Position numbers and translations under genes: made by a program. This document shows positions 10,637-22,650 of a DNA stretch of 64,000 bases, piece by piece. A model generated the notes under the pieces. It saw nothing but the letters and a program-made list of their open reading frames with translations. It was not told where the DNA came from and made no database searches. Position 1 is the stretch's first letter. Each line of letters begins with the position of its first letter. The stretch lies in assembly GCF_964188315.1 (NCBI RefSeq), contig NC_135661.1, positions 52,638,001 to 52,702,000 on the forward strand. The letters run 5' to 3'. The DNA is from Podarcis muralis (Eukaryota).

Positions 10637-11749
10637 CTTGGAGGCTCTGCAATCATTGTTGAGGGGCGGGACATTTAGGGGTGCAACCGCAAAAGCGAAA
10701 CACATTTTTAGCATTCAGAAGAAAATAGATGCAGAGCCAATTTTTATTAGTCCAGTAGACACTTGAGAGTAAACCCCAGTGGAGCTTACTTCTGTGTGGA
10801 AACAAATTGACAGCCAATGCAGCTGTTTTGGAGCAAGGGATTATACACGTCCCAAGGCAAACCCAGCCAATAATCTGGACGCTGCATTTTGGACCAGTTA
10901 AGACTTTGAGTTGTCTCCAAGGGCAGCCATGAGCAGAGCACATTGCAACAATCCACTCTGTCTCTTCCCACGTCTTTTTCTCTGTACAACAGGAGCTTGC
11001 ACTTTGCAGGAGGAGTTCTTATTTTTTACTTAAAGAAAACTCTGAATGTTTGGATAATGGATATTATCTATGATAGTTTAAATACATTGCTCCTGGCCAG
11101 GGAGGTTCTATCTCTGCCTACCAGGGGAATAAATAAGGCTTACATAGAAGTAGCTCTTCTTGATAATATTTGCTGTTTTATTCAAAGGACTGATGGCACC
11201 AAGCACAAACCCCCAGCTCCCTGCTTGCATCAGGTGGGGGTGATGTTCCCAAGACTTCCTGCCTCAGTTAGGGGGAAGGAAGCCTTACTGATCATGGGGG
11301 CAACAGGAGAATGTGAGCTTGGCTTTGAAGGATTCTTTGATCCTTGTTTGTTAGGCTGCAGCACCCCCTTGTGCCTTTACACCATTCTTGCATGCCTCCA
11401 ATGTCTGCCCCCCCCCCGTTTTAATTTAGAAGCTTTTTAGTTTAGGTTAGACCACTTGGGCACTTGAGCCCCTCCCCCCCCCCCCCCCCGGATGCTGGAC
11501 TCCACTCCAACTCCCATCATCCCCGGCCACGAGTCATGCTTACAAAGGCTGATGGGAACTGAGTCCAGCTTACAAACCAAGAACAAGCTCCTCTTGCACC
11601 ATCATTACATGTCTTTAGGCACCAGGCACTAACATTCCTCTTTATCCAGGCATCTGCCATTAAATAATCTATGGCCTCTTAAAGGGGTGGGGCTGTTGTT
11701 ACGATTGTTTTATCATTATGCTGCCTATCATTGTGTTTTGTATTGTGTT

Positions 11750-12272
11750 CATAGCTGTCAAGTTACAGATTTGAAAATAAGGGACCAGCAGCCTCGAAAA
11801 TAAGGGATCAGCAGACAAAATAAGGGATTTTCCAAGCACAGGTATGTTCAACTTCTGAGCCCCTCTGAGCCAAAGGCAGAAAGCCCAGCCAGCAGCCAGA
11901 AGAAGCCTCAAGTGGTGGTTCCCACAGCGTAGCAACCCGGCAGAGGGGATGCAGCAAGGAAAAACACCGTCACCTCTCCGCTGGGAAGTGCTGAGCAAAG
12001 ATGAGTCCCCAGACAACGTGGCCGATTTGATCGGCACAAGGCATGCAAGCTCCACCCCCCCAGTCGTTCTTAGACTCCTTATTGGGTGAGCAACGCAGCC
12101 AAGCAAAACAGTTGGAGCCTCCCTCCTCCCTGGCTGGCAGGGAGGGAGGGAGAGGAGCTGCTTCCTTTGCAACCTGGGAAATTTAAGGGACATCATCAAT
12201 AAGGGACAACAGCGGGACACAGTGCTGGGATAAGGGACTTTCCCACCAAATAAGGGACGGTTGACAGCTATG
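11750..12272. mobile_element. hAT non-autonomous element
   Basis: Perfect 12-bp TIR CATAGCTGTCAA, perfect TSD ATTGTGTT, subterminal ATAAGGGA repeats. Confidence 0.85.
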
Positions 12273-13030
12273 ATTGTGTTTTCATGATGACTCTCCATAA
12301 AATGTCTTCTTAAGGTTGTACACTGCCCAGGGATCTTTCGATAAAGGACAGTATATAAAATGAATAAAAATAAAAATTTCTGATCTTCCCTGACACCACC
12401 CCGATGAAGAGGATTTGAACTTGAGAGAGGGGGCCCAAGCTGCACGATAGTCATGTTTCTGACAAAAAAATCCCCATATGAATATTATTAAGCAGAACTA
12501 TAAAAACACTATATTTCATATACAAAAATTTATTGTGAATTATGATCATATCACAGATTTAAAGTGCTATGATTTTGCAAGAATCTGAAAAATATATGCC
12601 ACTCTGTAAACATTGTTCACCTGTTTCTAGGGCAAAGACTGTGATTTGTTCACACTAATAGGTAATGGGACTTAGGATGCAGTCCTAACCGTACTTACCT
12701 GGGAGTAAGCCCCACTGAATAGAGTAGCACTTGCAGCACAATCTTAGCCATATCAGCTGAGAAGTAAGTGTGTAATTCTATTTGGATTCTGTGTTTACCC
12801 ATCTTACTCCTGAGCAGTTGCCTACTCCAGCAGCAAATTTAGCAACAAAGTGAGAGGAAATCCTAACTATGCCAACTCTGGAGTAAGTAAGCGTGGTTTA
12901 CTCAGAGGTAAGCAGGGCTAGGATTGCAGCCTCAGTGGTGCAGACAGTACTGAAATGTACACTACCAAAGGCCTAAACTGCTACTGTCCGAGAGGACAGG
13001 TGTGAATGTGCCTTTACTGCAGATGGAAAA

Positions 13031-14012
13031 TCACTGGATTATTGTTGGTTTCCAAGTGCTGCGTCCCGTGGTGACCTTTAGAGTGTACTTTCTCAAACCC
13101 TTGCAGTGTAAAAGAAAGGCCTGTACCACTGCTGGGCTAACCACACAGTAACAGTGGACCTCTTTCAGATGCACACACTTTTTGGCTAGATCTGTTAGCG
13201 AGGAGTTGAGGTCATCAGATGGCGTAGTGCGGATGACCAGCCTTTCCAGAGTCTTGCTGTAGTTGCTGGTGGCAAACCGAATCTGGTTCACCATGTACGT
13301 GTAAGTGTTAAGCTGCAAACTGGTTACGGGAATATTGGGCTTTAGAATCCGAGGGATCTTCCATGCAGGGACTGTGTGGTCGAACTCCATCTCCACCTGC
13401 AGCTGTGGATATCTCTCGAGAACCACAGCCCAAAGCTCTTCCGGGATGACGGGGATGTACTTGTCCAGGCGCTCGCAGAAAATATCCAGGCACTTGAAGG
13501 GCCCTCGATTTGACTTTACCAGTTCCTGGAAAACATCCTCAGACAGGCTGGCATAATAGACCCCCAGGGTAGATAATTTAGGACAAGCCCTCAGAACCTC
13601 ACAGATCGTCTCTGGCTTGACGTTGCAAACCAGGGTGCGGTTGTTGATGAACAGGGTATGCAGATTTGGACTGGTGGATGCAATCAGCTGAATGAGCCCG
13701 TCGTCCAGAGTGAAAGGCATTTGCCGGAAATCGATAAGCTGAAGGTTGGTCTTATTCTGGCTCTGGCAGATTCTCCGGATGCTCTGAATGATGTCTTGGC
13801 CGGAATAGAAAAGGGGGTTTTCTCCTTTGCACACAATGCACAGAGCCTGCAACTTGTGGTTCTGCTTGGCCAGCATGTCCAAAATCTGAGTGACGTTCCT
13901 CTGGGTTTTCTCCTGAGACTGATCAAAGGCTATCTTCAGGTGCTTGATGTGGCTCAGAAACTGGTGCAAGCTCTGCAAAGTGCCTTCGCCATCTTCATCC
14001 TCTGTGCTGCAA
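13031..14012 (-). CDS. FBXL8: F-box/LRR protein 8 (ortholog-like copy A), last coding exon
   Basis: Acceptor ttgtccAG at 14013-14014. Open frame includes LCIVCKGENPLFYSGQD, DFRQMPFTLDD and KYTLKVTTGRSTWKPTIIQ, resembling the human FBXL8 C-terminus (TYTLKLTREPHPWRPTLVA). Confidence 0.93.
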
Positions 14013-15021
14013 CTGGACAAAAAATGATGGGGGATTTTTAAATTTTCAGTTTAATATTTGCATCCTGCTTTTCCAACAACAAATGTTGAGATCAAAGCAG
14101 CTCACAAGAAAAACAATAGCTTTAAAAACTAACAAACATGACAATCACTAGAGTAATATCAAAAGCACAGCAGCATATAAAGCAAAATAAAAATAAAAAT
14201 AATAATCCCAAATTCATCACAGCATTAATACAATAAACAGAAACTCATAGTGGTCCAAAGTATCAGGAATGTGCTCATTGATATAGGCTCTCTGATATGG
14301 GTTTTCAGACTCCTCAAACTTCCCTGAGGAAGATACAGATGAGAAGGAAATCTCCAGTCAGTGGGGCGGCTGGAGGTGGGGTAGAAGAACCTCAGGACTC
14401 CCCGGTGGGCCCTCTAAACCTGAGGCTGTAGCTGTCCCAACTTCCTCAGGATTGTATGGGCAAGGCCCTCATCCTTTCCATATTGCAGAAGTCAGCACCT
14501 ATGGAATTGGCCAAGGAACCTTTAAGCCAGCACAACCAGCTCCTCAAGGAGGGCAAGGGGTGACTGCAGTAGAAACCTTGTCAGCCTACAGAAAGCCTCA
14601 GGTGGCCCCAGCTCTCTGCTGAGAACTGGCTAGAGAGCCCGAACCTTGCAAGAAGGAAGACTGAGTTGATGAGAGAGTTCAATCTTGCTTGGGCAGCAGG
14701 TCCCACCCACTCCATCACCTTGGGCCAATGTCTGCATATGGATAGGACAACCCACCTGCCAATCATTTGATGTCAAGATGCCATCAAACATGGACAAGTG
14801 GGTTGTTTTCCACACCCCTCATTTGAAAACTGGCCTCTTGGGGTGTGGTGATAAAGATCTGACACTGTAGGCGACTTCTGCTCCACCAGAACCAATTGCA
14901 GCACAACAGGATAAACTTCCAAATGGGAAGAGGCACTTGATAGGCTTCCTCAGGAGGTGGTGGCCTCTCCTTCACAGAAGACCTTCAAACAGAGGCTGCA
15001 CTTTAAGCTCTCCCTTCTTAC

Positions 15022-15185
15022 CTGACCTCTGTAAAACTCCAGACGGAGCTGGTAGAAACTGCCGCAGCCCAGGGCCGGCACACGTGGAATACTGTGTGCC
15101 GATCTTTAAGAGGCAAGTAGTAAAATATATTGGCCAGGATTTCTTCAGGGATGTAGCTCCAAGCGTCGGGGGCCAGCACTGGCAT
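15022..15185 (-). CDS. FBXL8: F-box/LRR protein 8 (copy A), F-box exon
   Basis: [54 protein letters not shown] + AG|GTAAGA. Upstream acceptor ttgttttccAG at 15232-15233. Joined protein is about 381 aa. Confidence 0.92.
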
Positions 15186-16580
15186 TCTCCTAGGGCAGCT
15201 GGTTGCAAATTTGGGAATGTAGCTTTCTTTGCTGGAAAACAAACGCACCCAAGATGAACAAACATCAGTCTATGAAATAAGCAGAAATCACGTGAAGGAG
15301 TCCAGGAAAACACCACAATAAATGATGCATTATTCCCGAGGTGAAAAATGCCAAAGGGTGGTACCCAATGCTAGTCCTACTCAGACCAACTGAAGTTAAT
15401 GAACATGACTCTGAGCAGGCAAATTAGTATTGTGAAAAGGGGCTACACATAGTTAGGTCATCAGGTAAAACATTTCATGCAATAACTTATGAACTTATCA
15501 CGTGGACACCCTTCACAAGAACATGTCATTGTGTGAATATCAAGAGGGCAAAGTTACTTCGTCAGTCGGCAACCTGGTTGTGTGCACTAAGCCTTGGAGG
15601 CAGATAGAGAATCAATGACATCATTCAGTAAAAAGTCAGGCAGGAGGAATCATATGAATATCCACAAGAGTTCTCTATTCAGTGTTTGTTGCCAAATCCT
15701 AAAGGAAGCCACCAGCAGTTGTTGTTTTTGCTGCAGGTTCCATCTGCAGCTATCCTAGATGGAGGCAAAATTAAATTCAGAAGGGAAGCTGAACCCACCC
15801 AAATTCAAAACATGAATGCTCAACACCGGGTGGCCTGCTCCCTAGCTCAGTGGGAGGGCAGATGCTTTGAATGCAGAAAGAAATGCCAATTAGTTAAGTA
15901 GTCTCATTAGGACTTGAACCCGATCTCATTTGGAATGATACTGTTGCAAATTACCTTGGTTTTTTTTTTACTTATTTATTTACTAAATTTATATCTGGCC
16001 CTTCCTCCCAAAGGGACCCAGGGCAGCAAGTACAAGTCCAGGACAGACACGGACTGGGAAATAGCCCTGCTTTAAAAGGCTCATTGAAAGAAGCTGGTCT
16101 TCAGTAGCTGCTGAAAAGACAACAGAGATGTCGCCTAATATTTAATGGGATGGCATTCCAAGGGCAGGTGCTACAACACTAAAGGCTCACTTCCTACATA
16201 GTACTGTGTGGAACAGATCTCCTGATAAGATGGTATCTTCAGGAAGCCCTTACTTGCAGAGTGCAGTGATTGAAGGAGGTGAAACGACCTTTTAGCTCGG
16301 GACCCAAATATATTTTGGCCTAAATCTCTCAGTATGAACCTCCCAGGACCCTTCAACCTTCACCTGAAGCCGTTTTCCAGGTGTCCCCTCTGAGAGAGGC
16401 TCGGATGAAGTTGCCTTATACTGAGTCAGACCTTTGGTCCATCCATCTCAGTACTGTCTGCCTTGAGTCTGCAGGCTGCCTGTCTCCAAGCCATACCTGG
16501 AGATGATATCTAGGAGTTCTTGCATGCAAAATAAGTTCCTCTGTTCCTGGCACTGGGTGGCTGCATTTGGCAGAATGGAA

Positions 16581-16822
16581 AAGAGTTTGGATTTGATATC
16601 CCGCTTTATCACTACCCGAAGGAGTCTCAAAGCGACTAATATTCTCCTTTCCCTTCCTCCCCCACAACAAACACTCTGTGAGGTGAGTGGGGCTGAGAGA
16701 CTTCAGAGAAGTGTGACTGGCCCAAGGTCACCCAGCAGCTGCATGTGGAGGAGCGGAGACGCGAACCCGGTTCCCCAGATTACGAGTCTATCGCTCTTAA
16801 CCACTACACCACACTGGCTCTC
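16581..16822 (-). mobile_element. tRNA-derived SINE of about 240 bp (squamate family, possibly Squam2-like)
   Basis: Minus strand GAGAGCCAGTGTGGTGTAGTGGTTAAGAGC...GGGTTCGCG. Near-identical copy at 40330-40566. Confidence 0.75.
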
Positions 16823-17645
16823 ATGAAGAACTTACGGCTCTCGAAAAAGTAAGACTGAGTAGAAATGCTCATGTTATTTTTAGGCACCTCAAGGATGGAG
16901 AGGGAAGCACCATTCCTCTGCTAAGCAGTTGTATACCCAGGAAAGAGTATTTTGCATCATACGTACCAGGAGCCCCTGGATGTGCTTTCTTCTTCTGCCT
17001 GCTCAAGCCACCATGTGCTCTCTCCTTTCCTCCCAGGCACAAAGAGATCAGTCACACTCTCAAAGGTCACAATGAAGGCGTCTGCAACAGGAAGTCCCCA
17101 TAAACTCTGTTTGCTTTCTGAAACCATGAAGTCACTTCCTTGTATTCAGTACAAGGTTGTTGTTTTTTAAAGCAAGGAGGGGGAGAGGCTTACACGAAAG
17201 GAAGTTGTGCCTGATTTTAAACACTCCTTGCCCCACCGTTTTTGCCACTCCTCATATAAAAAGGAGGCCTCATTCATGTGCTGTGTCAAAAGTTGGAAGG
17301 GGGGGAAGGATCTAGCAAGTCAATGTGAACAGGGGAGGGGCACTTTTTTTTTTTACAAACAGCAGTGAAGTAGCATCAGAATCAGATGGCCCTATTGAGC
17401 TGTAAGGAAACTCCACAAACCAGGGCATTGAAGGAAGGTTTTGAGTGGGTCATCACAGGGTATTTCTCACCATTTTTAAAAATCCATGTCTGAGGTTCTC
17501 AGCTGGAAAAGGTTCTCTCCCCTGACTTCTATAAAGGGTTGGGGTGAATCTTGATCACCTTTGCAGACAACACAAAGCTGGGAGAGATAGTCAAAACAAA
17601 AAAAATTCCTTCCAGTAGCACCTTAAAGACCAACTAAGTTAGTTC

Positions 17646-17689
17646 TTGGTATGAGCTTTCGTGTGCATGCACACTTCTTCAGATACGAA
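17646..17689 (-). ncRNA. Second minimal hammerhead motif (mirror copy, one stem I mismatch)
   Basis: Reverse complement TTCGTAT-CTGAAGA-A-GTGTGCATGCACAC-GAAAGCTC-ATACCAA. Core is identical, with a C-C mismatch in stem I. Confidence 0.68.
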
Positions 17690-17692
17690 GAA

Positions 17693-17736
17693 TTGGTATC
17701 TGAAGAAGTGTGCATGCACACGAAAGCTCATACCAA
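17693..17736 (+). ncRNA. Minimal type I hammerhead ribozyme motif (Penelope-derived)
   Basis: TTGGTAT-CTGAAGA-A-GTGTGC(AT)GCACAC-GAA-AGCT-C-ATACCAA: 7-bp stem I, CUGANGA core, 6-bp stem II, GAAA, palindromic stem III. Predicted cleavage after C17729. Confidence 0.75.
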
Positions 17737-18585
17737 GAACTAACTTAGTTGGTCTTTAAGGTGCTACTGGAAGGAATTTTTGTTTGTTTTGACTATGGCA
17801 GACCAACACAGCTACCTATCTGTAACTGGGAGAGATAGGTTTGTGATAGGAATTTTGAGGTCTTAGATATATAGTAATGTTCATAACAGCACATACATAG
17901 ATCAGCACAGGAAGACCGACCTGGAACCATTTTGATTCCCAAACTGTCCCAAACTGACCAAATGCTTTCTCGAATCGAACTGTCCCAAACTGACCGAATG
18001 TTTTCTCTGCAAGGTCAAAGGAAAATGGAAAAGCCTCCCCATTGTCTTTTCCTTCACAAATCCTATCTTAAGGGTATGTCTGTGTTTGAATAGGGTGTGA
18101 GCCTGTGACATGGCCCAGGAACTAAGTATTTATCATTACAAAAGATTGGCCAGGCTCCCAAGGCAATCCAATCAAGTAACCTGCCAGACAGGAGATAAAC
18201 AAGGACAGGAGAAAATCAACATTCAAATTTCTGTTTAAACTGCCTTTTCTGTGATGTATGTTTGATGTTTCTGGGGGTGGTCTTGATCTACAGGGTGGCA
18301 ATTTCAAAAGTCTTTATAAGGCCTTGCACAGCATTTTTGTGGGTCCTCCTCCTTTCCTGTGTGTGAGGGGAGCACCCTGTTGCAACAGATCAATAAAGAT
18401 CAAGCTTACTAGCTGCTTTGCTTCTCAATATTCTCTGGTTGGCCTCTGTTATTCTTTCCTAGCAATAGGGAACCTATGTAAGGACTCTATATGGGCTCTT
18501 GGATACCCCATAAGGAAAAAGGGCAATTTTTGTTTACAACAGGTTGAACCCCTCAGAAGACAGGAACTATTAGTGACCCCTTGTT

Positions 18586-18810
18586 AGGTTCAGTAAGTCA
18601 ACTGGCTCCAAATCCAGCTAATAGTAGCATCCTCTAGGCCACAATTTACCAGCTTCTCTGCAAGAACATCATGGGGGACTTTGTGTAAGGCCTTACTGAA
18701 ATCAAGATAAGCCACGCCCACCGCATTCCCCTGATCCACCAGCTTGTAACTCTTATCAAAAAAAGAAATGAGATTCATCTAGCATGACTTGTTTTTGAGA
18801 AACCCATGCC
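18586..18810 (-). mobile_element. CR1 LINE reverse transcriptase fragment
   Basis: DQGNAVGVAYLDFSKALHKVPHDVLAEKLVNCGL resembles the CR1 RT motif YLDFSKAFDxVPH. Confidence 0.8.
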
Positions 18811-19865
18811 GGCTATTATCGTAGCATCCTTTTGCTCACTGATTAAAAAGACAAGATGACTTTGCATAGGAAAAGATAAGCATATGGCACAACAATTGGA
18901 TGAAACAAAACATGTCCAAAACAAACATGGAGAAATCTAAATTTCCCACTGCACATTTACACTTGCATCCCTCCCCCAACACCCGCCCCAGATAGTTAAT
19001 TTTACTACTGTACTGTTGAGAAAGAAGTGGCTTTCTCCCACCCCAAGGTAAAGTTCATGATGAGTCAAGGTAACTGTTAGCGATTTCTGCTGCCTCTGCC
19101 CAAGAATTCCTTGTCAGTGACTCAGCAAGGGAGAGGCAGAGTTTTGAAATAAAATAACATAAAAGCAAACCCCAGGGTGGGGAGGGGAGAATAAACAGTT
19201 TATATGTTGTTCTTTCCATGAGAAGCTAGAAGTTCCCAGTGGCTCTTGAAGGGGAATTCTGTCTTTAAAAGAAAGAGCATTGCTGCCTTTCTGTTCAATC
19301 ATTATTATTTATTTACTTATTGCATTTAAATGCCACCTTTTCTCCGCAGAGCTCCAGGCGGTGCACATAAGTCTCCCCTCTCTCCATTTTATCCTAACAA
19401 CCCTGTGAAGTAGGTTAGGCTGGGAGGCAGTGACTGGCGCCCAAGGGCACCCAATGAGCGTCATGGCTGAGCAGGGATTTGATGTGCTCAGTGCTTCCCA
19501 GGTGCCACGAGCAGAGCTTGCAGGGCACTTTGTGCAGCGCTTTCCAAGCACCTGACAACCCGCTGGTTGCCAGGTGCTCTTGGGAAGTGTTGTGCAGGAG
19601 GTTTTGAAAGCACTTACAGTAGGCGGTGCCTGGAAAGTCCCTTTGGGCCAAGCCCTGGCTTAGCTGGCCCACACCTGACATATACGACAACAGGAGTAGG
19701 CAGGTGGGCATGGCCTACCTGAAATGGCCTCATAGGCCAAACAGGGAGGCTTGGCAGACCAAATTTTACCTGCAGACAGGAGGTTCCCCAACCCTGCCCT
19801 AACCAATACTCCTTAACCTTTCCAACACAGAGATATGAGAATGTTTTACTATCCTGTTAATTGTG

Positions 19866-20175
19866 GTGTTTTAAATGTGCTGACCTTTAAAGCCCTAAAC
19901 GGCCTCGGCCCAGTATACCTGAAGGAGCGCCTCCACCCCCATTGTTCAACCCAGACACTGAGGTCCAGCTCCGAGGGTCTTCTGGCGGTTCCCTCACTGC
20001 GAGGGAACCAGGCAGAGGGCCTTCTCGGTGGTGGCGCCCATCCTGTGGAACGCTCTCCCATCAGATGTCAAGGAAATAAACAACTACCTGACTTTTAGAA
20101 GACATCTGAAGGCAGCCTTGTTTAGGGAAATTTTTAATGTTCGATGTTTTCTTGTGTTTTTAATATCCTGTTGGA
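19866..20175 (+). mobile_element. L2-type LINE 3' end
   Basis: FKALNGLGPVYLKERL and LWNALPSDVKEINNYLTFRRHLKAALF in shifted frames. Confidence 0.8.
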
Positions 20176-21489
20176 TAAAAATAGAGGTTCAGTTGGTATC
20201 ATGGAGTTGCAGAAGCAAGGATGCAGAGAGGCAGTGCAGCTCCTAAAGGAACATCACTTGTAAGGGCAATCCACCCAGCATTAAGAAATAAAAAAATCCA
20301 ACCCTCTCTCTCTTAAACCTTTCTGCAGGGCAGACTTTTTCTTTGGAGTGCAGTCATTACAGCCCTGCCAGTAATGCTTTAAACCGAGGCTGTGAGAGCT
20401 ATCCTTGACCTCTGATGCACTGGCAGCGCGATTCCTGAGACACTTGCTGCCCAAGGCTGTCCGCAGAATGACAGATGGCATGAAAGACTTATGAAAACCA
20501 CATGTTAACATCATTTACAAGGCAGACCTACTCTTATTGGAGACAGCAGGTGGTTGGTTTTTTCCAGGAAAACGCCAAAATCTCATTCCAAAAGTATACT
20601 AAGCAGCTGGCCTCTCAAACAAGGTAGTGGGTTGTTTGTTTGTTTTGCTGTGATTGACTGCTCTTTATTAAAATATTTATATACTTCTATTCATATTTTT
20701 TTTTAAAAACACCCATAAAATACAGTAAGAAAGACATACAAAAATGTCGAAATCAGCCAACAGCTATGGAAATATGTGATCTTAATTGCCTGCGTTAAGC
20801 CCAATGGAAAAGGAAAATGTTCAGGAGGCACTTAGAAGCTAAAACTGAAGGCACCTGCTGGATCTCTATTGGCAGATTATTCCACAAAAGTGGGCCGATT
20901 TATACATCTTTCATAAAATATCAGGGCAATGGACAGCAACATAAAAAACCCCCAGAAAAATCATTAATATGACTGCCTTCCTCAAGAATTTTTAAAAACA
21001 ACTGTGCATAGGACTGCTGGCCCAAAAGAAAAAGGTCTTCAAAGAGACTTCTGAAAGTCAGAAGCCAGGTGGCCTGTTGCATCTCTGCTAGAATAATGTT
21101 CCAAAGCATGGAACCGGCAACAGCCTCCACAGCACAGGGGATACCTAACAGCGCTCCTCAAAACAAGCTCCTGATGATCATTAGTCATCACAGCCCGCCA
21201 GCAAGTTCCAACCTGCCCGTGAGAGCGCAGCAGGGCAGGCTCCTTTTCCCTCTGCAGTCCCCTCTCTGCCTTGGAGCAGCTTTCCGCTAGCAAATCTTCC
21301 CAAGAGCACTGCGAGATCTCCTCTCCTCCTCCTAGCAGGAGTGGAATTAATCTATGCGAGCATATGCACTCTGCTGATGCTCTGGGACACGGCGCTTTTG
21401 CTTTCTAAAAACAAGGCGACCAAACAGCACCTTGGTCAGAGCTGTGAGCTGCAGCCAAGGACGAACTGAATTCCCACCCCGTTCCTTAC

Positions 21490-22650
21490 CTGATTTCAGA
21501 CGACCCCAGCCCCCAGGCGGCCTCTCCTGTCAAGGCCACGGTTCGGGGCGTCCACTGATTGGCAGCCTGAACTTCCTGGTGCATAAAAACGGGGCGGATC
21601 CTTCGGTACCTTCCAAACAAGCAGCCCAATGGCAAACGGTGCTCGATTTGGACTGGCAGGTCCGCCAGCCGGTCACCGTTGCCTCTCGCAAACCACGTTT
21701 GGAGGGGGAGAGACTGTAGTTCATTCTTCTCCGGGGAGAAAACTGCCAAAAAGGAAAAAGCAAAAACTCCACCAGGTTGGAATTAGGCTTTCCCCAGATC
21801 CCCGAACTGCAAAAACAATCCTGTGAATTCTTTGCAAGCTTGAAAGTCCGGGGGGTGGGGTGGTCTTGTGGGTGGGAGAGAGCATATGGGGGTGGGAGGG
21901 GGAGTGACTGGCATATGGGGGGGAGCGGTCATTGCTCAGGGATCGGGTCATCTTCCTTTAATAGCCACATGATCAGGAAAGTGCAAAGTGCCTTTTTGCT
22001 CTTTCCGAGCGGCTAATGCGCAAAGGCGGAAGACGCTCTGTTTGCGCGCGGGGAGGAGGAGGAGGAGGAGGAGGACCGGCCAGGATCGGGCAAAGGGAAG
22101 AGGTAATGGTCGCTCTCCGCCTTGGGAAGCGGGTGGGCGCTAGCGCAGGCTCCGGCTGCTGACAACTCGATCCGAGGTAGCGATCGGGAGCCCCCCGTTG
22201 GCCCAAATCGTTCCGTGCCTCCCGCTGCCTAGCGCGGAGATTTCGCTACGGAGAAAGTGGGTGGCAAGGAGTTTCCCCCAAGTTTAAAGTGGCCAATTTT
22301 AAAAAGTGTGGCGAGGCGAGGCGAGGCTCTCCCTCCAAGTTCAGAAAGGCGCGGGTGGGGAGTGGAGCGACGGTGCGCAATTCATCCGTTTCCATTTGCC
22401 AAGGCCAAAGAGGCCAGTTTCGGTTCCGTGCGTTCCGGGAAGCGGCTTCGTTCCAGGAACTGGGCTCGGGCATGTTTTGCTCTCTTGCGCGGCCCGAGGG
22501 ACGGATCGGACCTGACATTCCTACGTACCTTGTGCAGATGGGGATCTCGCTTTTGTAACAAAAGGATTTTGAGAGGGTTCAAGAGAGGAAAAAGTGGGAT
22601 ATTCCCGTACTTCTAGGGACTCGCGAGGAACCTACCCGTTTTAGAAGCTT
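21490..22650. promoter_or_regulatory. CpG island, probable bidirectional FBXL8/TRADD promoter
   Basis: CpG-rich. CCAAT (ATTGG 21558-21562), ETS-like ACTTCCTG 21571-21578, GC box GGGGCGG 21591-21597. Minus donor CAG|GTAAGG at 21489 and plus donor GAG|GTAATG near 22103. Head-to-head TRADD/FBXL8 arrangement is also seen in human. Confidence 0.7.

Larger units (their letters stand above)
17591..17825 (+). mobile_element. Penelope-like element terminal fragment with inverted 5' duplication
   Basis: About 99-bp inverted arms (17588-17686 and 17696-17794). 13-bp TSD CTGGGAGAGATAG at 17578-17590 and 17826-17838. Inserted in a CR1-like RT remnant (tttgcagacaacacaaagctgggag, FADxTKLG-like). Confidence 0.75.

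Noticed and set aside
11699-12454. 251-aa minus-strand ORF
   Set aside because: Runs through a non-autonomous hAT element with no transposase motifs.
12660-12940. Degenerate palindromic motifs in the FBXL8 3' region (also near 46560-46640)
   Set aside because: They look like old copies of a common squamate hairpin repeat. They are not regularly spaced, so not a CRISPR-like or novel array.
13658-14041. Plus-strand ORFs opposite the FBXL8 exons (also 4595-4915) and opposite B3GNT9
   Set aside because: Antisense shadow frames of real coding exons. Their similarity to each other only reflects the duplication.
16581-16822. tRNA-like heads (also 37157-37515, 42060, 42580, 48948)
   Set aside because: These are SINE heads with A/B boxes that continue into SINE bodies. 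There is no complete cloverleaf, so they are not tRNA genes.
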